Shown here: positions 37,843 to 49,800 of the stretch, one piece after another
How positions within the stretch are numbered: position 1 is the stretch's first letter
Layout of the letters: the number at the start of each line of letters is the position of its first letter
From: Octopus vulgaris
Lineage: Eukaryota
Assembly (NCBI GenBank): GCA_951406725.2
Contig: OX597814.1
Location: 51,398,001-51,462,000, forward strand
Length of the DNA stretch: 64,000 nucleotides
Direction: 5' to 3'
Translations under genes and position numbers: made by a program
Notes under the pieces: model-generated
The model's input: only the letters and a program-made list of their open reading frames with translations
Told to the model about the DNA's origin: nothing
Database searches by the model: none

Positions 37843-40800
37843 TGAATAAAATGAGACAACAAAGCCAAGGCAATGTGAAATTTCTAGGACACTTATAAAG
37901 CTGCTTCAGGGATATAATGGATATCCTATCATGAGAGAGTTAAATAGAAGGAAATGGTAGAGTTCAATACAAGAAGTTATTTTGGAAAGGGAGAGATATA
38001 GGAAGTATAAAGGGAAGTATAAATGTAATACACCTTCTATTTAACGCTCTAATATCATCTCAGATGTTGGGATATCCTTTATATCCCCGACACAGCTGTA
38101 AGACTACCTTTTTCTTTATAAATGTCCTAGAAATTTCACACTGCTTTGGCTTTGTTGTCTCATTTTATTCAACATATACACACTCACATACGTCCTGCAT
38201 TAGACTCTTTACTCATACTATTATCAAACCAGTCTAACAGCAGTCCTTCCATAGCACTTACATAGCCTTACCTGCCTTTTGGATACCAAAACCTCTCATA
38301 CATATATATATATCATCATCACTGTTTAATGCTAGCATGGATTGGACGGTTCGACTGGGATCTGGGAAGCCAGGAGGCTGCACCAGGCCCAGTCTGATCT
38401 GGCAGTGTTTCTACAGCTGGATGCCATTCCTAACGCCAACACACACGTAAGTGGACTAATGAAGGAGGTACTCAATACATTTAATAGTTGTTGGTCAAGC
38501 ACTGAATGTGTTTAACCTTGCCACACATTAGAAATATTAATTTTTTTTTCAGTTTTTTAATTTCCATTAATTTTCTTAAACTTGGTTAAAATTACATATA
38601 TTTTGTTAAAATACTCATTGTATTATAACCTTTATTTTCATATATGTCTTATAGCATAATAATTAATAATAAAATCTTTTAACATTATTCACTCCAGAAT
38701 CTCTTCATATTCACATTTTGCTTGGCTCTCTATTTGACTCTTACTTATCCTCTTCTTTCTATGTTTGTTTACTCTCTCCTGCTTATTACCTTTCTCTTTC
38801 TATCAGTCATCCCCTCTTTATATATCTATCATTCTTTCTGTCTCTCTCTGTTTTTTTTTCTCTGTCTCTTCTGTTTGCTTTTCTCTCCACCACTCTTCCT
38901 CTTTCTATGTTTGTTTACTCTCTTTTCCGCTTATTCTCCTTCCCTTTCTGTCAATTATGTGTCAATCTTCCTGTCTATCTATGAGTCCTCACCTCTATAC
39001 TTATTTTTCTGTCTATTTGTCTCTCTATATCTATCTTGTCTTTTTGTTTGCATTTTCTCTTACACCCTTCCTCAATAAAAATTAAAACTTTGTGGTGGTC
39101 TTTCCCCCACAAAAAACCAACAATCACCTTAACGTAGTAGAGGGGTGAATCAGAAATTGGACTAATGATGGCAATGGTACTTGAATGATAATATAAATAA
39201 TAAATGATATAATATAATCTTAAAAAACAAGAAATTTAAATGGAAAAATTTCTTGTTGTACAAAAAAAGGGTTCAACAAAATGTTCAAACTTTAAATTTT
39301 TCTAAAAAGCAATTGTTGTTTTATAAAATGTTGAGCCTTCAAAAGTTAGAAACATAGAAAGAAGAAGAGTGGGAGTGAAAAGCAAGCACAGAGAGAGAGA
39401 CAGACAGATAAAATGAGAGAGAGAAATATAGATAGATATATAAAGAGGGGGTGACTGATAGAAAGGGGAGGAGAATAAGTAGGAGAGAGAGAGTAAACAA
39501 ACATAGAAAGAAGAGTGGGAGAGGGTATCATCAACCTAAGTACTTAAGTGATACTTATTTTATCAATCCCAAAGAGATGAAAAGCAAAGTTGACCTCAGG
39601 GGCATTTGAACTCAGAACATAAAGACAGAAGGGTGGCTTTTTGTCTGGCATGGAAACAAATAATAAGAATTGTTTCAAATTTTGGCTCAAGGCCAGCAAT
39701 AGTAAAGGGTAAGGTAAGTTGATTACATTAACCCTAGTGTTCAACTGGTGCTAATTTTATTGACTCTGAAAGGATGAAAGGCAAAGTTGACCTCAGCAGA
39801 GTTTGAACTTAGAATGTAAAGGTGGAGGAAATGTCACTAATGTCTGTCTTGTTAACAATTCTGTCAGCTTGCTGCCTCAACAAATGATAATAATAATAGT
39901 TTCACATTTTGACACAAGGCCAGACATTTTGTGAGAGAGGAGATAAATCGATTACATCAATCCCAGTGTTCAACTGGTACTTATTTCATCAACTCCTGAA
40001 AAGATGAAAGACACAGTCGACCATGGTGGAATTTGAACTGAGAACGTGAAGACAGACAAAGTGCTGCTAAGCATTTTGCCTGGCATAATAATAATTATAG
40101 CAACATCTGCGGGCTTCTTTCCAAATCATTGGTGGGACTCAAATGTCACATTCAACATAAGCATTATGACTGGCAAAGAAAGTGTAGGTGGTTGGATCCT
40201 CATACTTCAAAACCAGTGAGAGATTCCATCATCGTCATCTATATATACATATATGTATTTTAAAATTTCACATAGGCATAGGGAGACTAATAACCTGGTG
40301 TAGAACTCAATATACATATGGTCTAGAACACAATGTTAGGTGAGTATACAGTGGTATAGGAACAAAAAGATGACACCAGAAAAAAAAAAAACAAAGTTGT
40401 GTAATAAACCTCATTAGCTCTATTAGATGTGGTGAACTCGTAGCTGACTTTATGTCTAGATGTGGTGGACTCTCTGCATGACTATATGTCTGCGTAAGTT
40501 TTCTTCTTTTTCCATTCTGGTATAAGCATGTATATATTTGCATACTTTTTTTCTACATTTGGACAAATCTTTCCATGGGCATCAACATCAACTTCCTCAC
40601 TCCTAATGCCTGTATGTTCTGAAAATGTAATTTTCCCAAATAAAGCACACTTCATATTCAAGGCTTTGATGAAGCTATAGGATGTTACCCAGGGACTCAA
40701 CTAAGAGTCTACCACATCTTATAGCAGAAACAGCTGTAAGCTAATGAAGTTCATTACATGAGCTTAGCTTTTTTCTGGTGTCATCTCTTTGTTCCTATAC

Positions 40801-43800
40801 ATACATATATAATAGTCTATGATTATTAGTGACATTTAATGCACATCATATCACTGAAAGACGTTTTAATGCTTAGCACAGAATTATATTTATATATTAT
40901 ATGTATAACATATCTAATGTTAAAATGTTATAATGTAAAGCTGGAATAAAATCAGTCTTTGTTGTGACAAATGTCCAAATTTTGTAATTTAACACATGAT
41001 ATTTATACATACTTTTTTCACTAATATTTATATTTCTGAAGTCATACCATTTCCTAAACAAGAAAAACTACTTAACTCTTCATTTCCTGTCATAACCTGT
41101 CAAAATTGAATAGAAGAGTGTTAAACAAAATACCTGCGATGTTAATTTAATTGTGCCACTTTTTGTATTAATTTAAAATTCTGTTGAAGTCAACATTGCT
41201 TCATTTTTCTGGAGTTAATAAAATAAATTATCAATCAACTGCTGGGGTTAGTTTAATACTTCTATAAGGCCTCCTAGATATAATCATCAGCATCATCATC
41301 ATTTAACTTCTGTTTTCCATGCTGGCATGGGTTGGACGGTTTGACAGGAGCTGGCCAGCTGAAGAGCTGCCCAAGCTCCATGTCTGTTTTGGTCTGGTTT
41401 TAACTATGGTAATTAATTTGGAGATGTGTGTTTGTGTGCTAATATTGAACAGTGGGAATGAGTGCTCAACATTCGCTCTGGTGGATAAATGTTCTTTTTT
41501 TGTGGCAACCAATGGTTTTATGTGAAGAGATCTTCACAAATGTTGGTACTCATGTTGGTAAGATCTTCATAACTGTTCAAGTGTACCAACATTTCCATGT
41601 GGTACACTTGAACAATTGTGAAGATCTCATATGAAACCATTGGTTGCCTTGTTAATCCACATATATATCAGAGTAGGCACATAAATGCAAATCAAGGTGG
41701 AAAAAATAGTATTCGAATACCAGAGGTAGAGCAATATGTTTTATAAAAATGTAGCAAAAATATCACAAAATCTGTTACTCAGAATTTCATGTTCCCATTC
41801 ATCGGACAAAGACTGTCCGACGAATGGGAACATGAAACTGAGTAACAGTTTTTGTGATATTTTTGCTACTTTTTAGTATATTTATATGTGTGTGTGTGTG
41901 TGTGTTAGGCAATAACAGTCGAATTCAAGACAAGCAGTAACAGAGGAATTCAAGACAGGATGCCCCTGGGAGCTTCTTTATGCTGATGACCTTGCTCTAA
42001 TAGCTCAATCACTATCAGAAGGAGAGGAGAAGCAAGATCTAGAATTGAAGGGCCTTAGAGTCAATATAGCAAAAACCAAAGTCTTAATAAGCAGGAAGGC
42101 AGACAAATCACAAATCTCTTCAGGTAGATGGCCCTGCTCAATCTGTAGAAAAGGCATAGGTAGAAACTACATAAGATGTACCCAGTGTAAGCTATGGACA
42201 TATAAGAGGTGCAGCAATATCAAAGGAAGGCGAGCTGGGAAGATAGAAATATTAAGAAATGCACCCACTACACTGTTGGAGTGGTTGGCGTTAGGATGAG
42301 CATCTAGCTGTAGAAACTTTGCCAGATCAGATTGGAGCCTGGTGCACCCTTCTGGCTTGCCAGCTCTCAGTCATACTGTCCAACCCATGCCAGCATGGAA
42401 AGTGGATGTTACACGACGATGATGATGATGAAAGAAGAAAATAGTCTATAGCAGTCCTTTGCAATTGTATGGATATCCAGAGGTAGCATATTAACAATTT
42501 TGCAACTATTGTCAAAAGTAAAAGCAATAAATTTAGTTTCCAAATATATGTAAAGCTTTTCTAAAATGTTCCAAACTAAATTTAGAAATCCCTGTGGCAA
42601 CAAGAAGAGTATCATCATATAAAACATGCAAGCCTAATTGATAAAGGAACAAGCTAGCCAAATCAGTAACTTGTGTGAAATCAGACGATCCCATTGTTAT
42701 ATCAGAATAGTTATTATTTGACGTTATACACCATGTCTTATTGTTAAAAGAAAATAGTCATTAAATATTATGTCAATATCTAAGGTGGTGAGCTGGCAGA
42801 ATTGTTTGTATGCCAGGAAAATGCTTAGTGGTATTTCATTTTCACATTCTGAGTTCAAATTTTGCTGAGGTTAACTTTGCCTTTCATCCTTTTGCAGTTG
42901 ATAAAATAAGTACCAGTTGAGGACTGGAGTCAATGTAATCGACTTGCTCCTTTCCTTGAAGTTGTGAACCTTGCGTCAGAATTTGAAACCAATATTATGT
43001 CAATATCTAAAAGAGAAAGAGTTGTTTTTCTATCAAAATTGAGAGCTTTGTTTAGTAAAAGCAGAGACAAACAACTGTAGCTTAAATTGACTTATTCCCT
43101 ATTTATATGTTATTATCAATTTATTGTATAACTATGTATGCATAATGCACATTACTGCATCAATTTGTCACTAATTTCCTGAAGCATCTGCAAAGAATTA
43201 CCATAGATTTTCATTTTTCTCCTCCATTGTATTTTCACTTATGTTACCTTTGGACATCAGTACATTTATGAAGGACTACCATGTATGATCTTCCTTTTTT
43301 GTTTATATTTATGTCAGTGTGATTCATTTATTAATGCTTTGATGCCATGAACAACTACTTGTCCATCTTTATTTTATCTATCCATCTATCTGTCTATCTA
43401 TCTATCTATCTATTATATATATATATATATATAATATTAGGGAGTATAACTCCAAACTTACAGGGAAGAATTCAATTTAGTATTAAATCAAATTTCACAA
43501 TATAAATATATAATATATATAAATTAGAGAAAAACCACTATTATGTAATTCAAACAATGATTAAACGTAAATCATACCATATAGAAAAACTAAAAAATAT
43601 GATAAAACATTTATTTATCTAGATCACAAAAAGTACATAATAATGAATAAACAGTATGTAATTAGTAAGATGACTATGTATGTTTCGTGGCTATAACTTC
43701 AATTCGAATTACATTTAAATTTAATCAATCCAAAAACAATTAAATTTAAAAGTATAGTCACTCCTCAGGTCAACAATAATAGTTAAATAAATATATATTT

Positions 43801-46800
43801 TTAATAAATAATGAAACAGAATTAAACAATATTTCTTAAAGAAATAAAAACATGATTCTTCTTATAGAAGAAACTCTGTTAACTAAATTTTAAACTACTT
43901 TTAAAAGTAGGACCAGGTGTTTATAATACATTTAATCATGTTAAAAACTAAATGTGAAAAAATAGAGTAGATAGATAGAAATATGTATATTATCAGTAAA
44001 GATATATTTTAGCTTTGAGAATAATCTAAACAAACTATAGTATATCTTTACTGGAAAAATATAAGAATCCAATTAATTAAAATAAAAATACTATATATAT
44101 ATCACTTTTCCTTTTTTATTTTATCATTCCATTATATGTAAACTCCCACATTGATGTCTGTCTTTGTATTGTTCCCCTCATCCTTTGCCCTGGTGGCAAA
44201 TAAAAGAAATCATTATTATTATTATTATTATTAATAATAATAATCCCTTCTACTATAGACACAAGGCCTGAAATTTGAAGGTGGGGGATAATCGATTACA
44301 TCGACTCCAATGTTTTACTGGTACTTAATTTATCGACCCCGAAAGGATGAAAGGCAAAGTCAACCTCATCGGAATTTGAACTCACAACATTGCAACAGGC
44401 AAAATACTGCTAAGCATTTTGTCCAGTGTGCTAACAATTCTGCCAGCTTGCCACCTTATTAATAATAATAATCCTTTCTACTTTAGGCACAAGACCTGGA
44501 ATTTGTGGGCAAGGAAATAGTCAATCACATTGACTCCAGGATTTGACTGATACTTGATTTATTGACCCTGAAAGGATGAAAGCAAAGTCAGCCTTGGTGG
44601 AATTTGAACTCAACGTAAACGCAGACGAAATACCACTAAGCATTTCATCCAGTGTACTAATGATTCTGCCAGCTCACCACCTTTTTAATAATAATAATAA
44701 TAATAAGTAATAATAGTAATAATACTAACAATGTATGTAAATACTGGATATCTTTATATCATTTTCTTGTTGAAGAACACAGATTTGGCTGATATTTTAA
44801 GTGGCCTACTCACTATTTCTTATTCAGAATGAGAATAGTTTTCTTCTAAATGTGAAAATTATAAGAAAATGATCTGAAGTAAATAATTTGTTACATTGGC
44901 AAACATCATATATTTATAAAGGAAACAACATATGCTCTTGAATTATTCCAAATATGTGACTGGTATTTATTTTATGAAAACTGGCAGCCTACATATCTTA
45001 AGAAGTGGAACTAAAAGGTATTAGCAGTATAGGCGGCAAGCTGGCAGAACCGTTAGCACGCCGGGTGAAATGCTTAGCGGTATTTCGTCTGCGTTACGTT
45101 GTGAGTTCAAATTCCGCCGAGGTCGACTTTGCCTTTCATCCTTTCGGGGTCGATAAATTAAGTACCAGTTACGCACTGGGGTCGATGTAATCGACTTAAT
45201 ACCTATGTCTGTCCTTGTTTGTCCCCTCTGTGTTTAGCCCCTTGTGGGTAATAAAGAAATAGGTATTAGCAGTATAGTTTGCTTGTTCTGCCATTTCTAA
45301 TTCTTCACTAATCTAGCTGAAGTACGTGATTCAATAAATTCTTTTTACTATAAATCAATATAAACTAAATTTATCAGCCTTGGTTAAAAGTGGTTTGGGT
45401 ATTTTTTGGGGGCGGGTGGGGGTTCTGAAATGTAAGAGTGAGAGGAAAAAGTTGAAATAAAATTAAAAGTTTTAATCACCTTTAAATTCTTTTTTACTTT
45501 GTGTGTTTTTAAAAACTCGTTGCTTTTGTATTTCTATGAGAAAGAATATTAGATATGAAAATGACACAAATATAAACATAAAATAAATGTAAAACAAAAA
45601 TTAATGAAACCATTGTAAGGATTAACTATTTATCTATTCAGTCAAAATCAAGCATGTCACCAACATATGTTAACAGTTTAGCGCTAGCTAATTGCTATTC
45701 TATCATATTTAATTATCCATAAAAATAGTTTGTGCTACATTAATTTAATCAAGTGATATTGTTATAAGCTTTGTGTATAACCTTCATTGTTTTTTCAAAT
45801 CCTCTTACGATATCAGTCTTGAAAGAGTTACTCAACTGTGAAATAAAACACTTACCAAAAGATTACTTTTGTTCTCTATAATTTAGTATCTGAGAGAATC
45901 TGGATTAAGAATAATTTGTTATTCTCAAATTTTTTGTGTATGATTATACAATTCAATTAAAGGAAAGTTTAACTACTTCCTGCTGATTTTTGTTTCTGTT
46001 AAATTGTGAGGCTAATTACATATGAATATTGATGAAATCTTTGTGTTTCCACCAATGTCTAGCACTTAGATGAGTATATATTGGATATAACATATCCCAT
46101 CTGTGTGGCTTTTTCTCATACTGTTGTATATATTACTATCAAGGATTTCTGTTCCATATCAATGAGTGCTATCTCTTTTCAACCCCAAAAAACTGTTTCT
46201 ATGTTATGATCCCACTTTTATATCATGTGACAAGCAGTTGAAAATAGATGGATTAAAATTCAGTTAAACCCCTAATTTGAATGATAAAGTTATTAAATCT
46301 GATGTGTTTACATCAATAGATACCACCAAATGTTTGATTGACCATTTCTGTATCAAAATTTATAGTCTGTAGTTAAGTCTGTGTTACATTCTTATGTAAT
46401 TAAACCTATTACGGTATTACATTCAATTAATTAAACCGATCCTAGGCATCACTGTCAGCAGTGATTTGCGTTGGACAAAGCATATCTCTAAAATTGTCAA
46501 GAAGGCCGAGGGTGTCTTGGCATCACTCAGCAAGACTTTTGTTAGCCGCTCTCCAGCCATCTATTTAAAACTGTATACAGCTATGGTACGACCACACTTG
46601 GAATTCGCATCATCAGTTTGGAATCCCTATCTTGCTCAGAACATTGACCTCCTGGAATCTGTCCAGAGACGTGCAACCAAACGCATACCTTCCATCAGAC
46701 ACCTACCATATTCTGAGCGCCTTGTTTCCCTGGGCATGGATTCACTGAAGCTCCGGCGTCTGGCGACGGACTTGGTAAACACCCACAAGGTTATCAACCA

Positions 46801-49800
46801 CCTCACCAACAACAACACTGAACACCTTTTTGATCTCCATGTGTCTAACACACGTGGACATGCCTACAAAGTCAGAAAACAGCACAGCTCCCATGACTTT
46901 CGGAAACATTTTTTCACGCTCAGGGTTGCTGAAGCGTGGAATAAACTGCCTGCATCAGTTGTTGACTGCCATGACACTGCATCCTTTAAGGCCCTCATGC
47001 TTCCCGAAATCCGTAAAACTACACCTGATTATATATACACTTTAGATGAGTTGTAGTGCACCTGAGCACTGTACACAATTATTATTATTATTATTATTAT
47101 TCAATTAATTAAACCTGCACCTATAGTAAGAAATTAAAAAATATATATATGTATATATACATACACATATAGATAATTCTAAGGGAGACAACTAAAAAAT
47201 TGAAATTTATTTGAATTGAATGATGGTTAGTATGATGACTACTAAATATATGATTTGGCCTAGTCCTCATAGCTTTTTGTTTTCTTATTAAAGTAATTAG
47301 TTTGAATTGGTAAGAGAGATACCAAACTGTGTGGGTTTCAGCAGTTCAGAAATGCAAAAATTAAAGTGGTAAAAGGGAGATGGAGAGCAAAGAACATGCT
47401 AGCGATCATAGTGTGTTGGTGAGGAAATTTTTTGTGATTTTTCCTATCATTAACTATCGGTTGGCTAGTTATTATTTGGTTGTAGTCTCTCATATATATA
47501 AGAAGACTCTAATGTAAGGTGCAGTTGTGATTTGTAGAAGTTTAGAATTGTGTAGTACTATAATGACTGAATTAAATTTTGTTGAAATAGATGGCAGCTT
47601 GCTAGAACAAAAACAAAACAATTTTGCTTTGCCATGAGGTCTATACCATTTCACATTCAATATGAGAATAATTCCATTTTTCATGGAATTATTCTCGTTT
47701 TGGATGGAATTATTCCATTTTGAACAAAACTATTCCAATTTGAATGGAACTATTACAGTTACAAACCTCTGGATGGTATTAACAAATGTTTTGTCAAGAA
47801 TGTGACACAGGGGACCCAGACTCTCTAATCAAAATATAAATACATTTAATGCATTTATCTTTCTAAATATAAATGATACTCAATTTTTCTATATCTCTGG
47901 AGCTCTTTATCATATGGTGTGTTTCTACCTATCATTAGCTTTCTTTTTCTCATTTTCAGATACAAAGTAGCACATTTTATGATTGCAGTCTACTACAATC
48001 AATATAATCTTTGCGACCACTTTTAGTTCTTACATACATGATTAACATCCCAGAACATTATTGCACCATCTTGAAAACCTTATTTATTTTAGTTGCTCTA
48101 AACTACATTCAGGTATGTCTATGTGGTTAAAAAGCTCGGTTTGCAAAGCAAACTTTTTAACCATGTGATTCCAGGTTCAGTTCCATTCCATGGTACCTCA
48201 TGGCCACAGTCTAATGACTGAAACAAGTAAAGGATAAAACCAAAAATGCCTGTTTCATGACTTAATAACCTCCTTCCTTGGCGGAGGTAATTAATACAAA
48301 ATTCTGTGACTGCTTACCAACCACCTCTTGTAGATCTCTAGGAACTTAGTTTCTGTGTAGCAGCAAAGTTTCCTTATTCTCTCTTCAATGTTGCATCACC
48401 ATAATAGTCTTCCCTTATATTTTAATAGATTCATTACAAATATAACATAACATTTCTGTCACACTATATTATATAACAGGTTTTTTCCAGTCTAACATAA
48501 AATAGTATCACTGAGACCAAAACATTGTATATTCTGAATGCTATACCTGTTCCATTGGCTACACCAGTACCACAACCTTGTTTAGTCAGAACTTGCTAGG
48601 CCACTCAGCATCAACTTAACTATTATTTTCTTTTATACGCATATCATTCTGTTTTTCCCAATACAGTTTATCTATAGGCCCTGCGACTTTTTTTTCCTTA
48701 TAACAGCTTTATACAATTTTTTTTTCCGTTAGTGCATCAGAAATTATAGCAATTTCATAGTTTAAGACTTATTTTGGTTCATTGCACATAACAGTGAAAT
48801 TAAAGATTTGATAGTTTAAGATTATTTTGGTTCACTGCACATAACGGTGAAATTGAAGATTTTATATATCAGCTTTATTGGCTGGCCTTCACTGAATTTT
48901 CAAAGCATGTGTTGATGTATTTAGGTCACAACTGATTTTCCATTTCTTTTCTTTTTTTTTTATTATTATTTAAATCTATAATTTGACTTGATTTGTTTAA
49001 AAATATATTTTTCTTATTTCATTAATTCATATTAGAAAATTTGAAAATCCAAAACTTTAAAAGTAAGCCCTTAAACATTTGTTTGATATTTAGTTTTTGG
49101 TTTTGTTTAACAGTTCAATATAAACATTTTCATTTGATAGTGTTATGTTTACACTGATTCACTGCATTTCTGATATCAAGAACACCACTAAATATCTATC
49201 ATTTATGTGTCTCAAATAAGTGTCTCAAAGCATTTTTCTTTGATGCACTGTTTTATTGATAGTTTTATCACAAATATATATATATGTTTCTCTTGTTGAC
49301 CAGTACACACACACTAATGGTAGGCTTTTGTGCTGTGCCTGTCTCCAAAGTTTCACTTGCTAGTTACAAAGTGACTCAACAGTGCTGGTGTCACAAAAAC
49401 CACTCCTGCCCTCTAAGTGATTGGTAATAGATTTGAACAGCAACAATGCAGGCCTTGAGTTGTTTTTTTAGTCTTGCTGACAGCAAGACAACTTTTGTGG
49501 TACTTGGTGTCATAAATGAAATGTTCCCAGTGATCGGTGTTAGGAATGGCATCTAACCATGAAAACTATGCCAAAAGTGAAATATTGGAACTAGACACGG
49601 TCCTCTAACCTGTTGAATACTGTTGAACCATCCTATCATGGAGCATGGCCATAAAATGATGATGATGAAGGCATTTGTTAACCTAAAACTTAAAAAGACA
49701 CTTGACTAAGGTGCTAGACTGAGATCAAACTTAGAATTACATAGTTCTAAGGTTAACTTCTTAACTACACCCTTATTCTCTCCTCATGTTGTATAAATTT

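Noticed and set aside
45032-45120. tRNA-like head with A/B boxes as a tRNA gene
   Set aside because: It continues into the SINE body, is multicopy and has a TSD. No genuine tRNA, rRNA or CRISPR array was found in the window.
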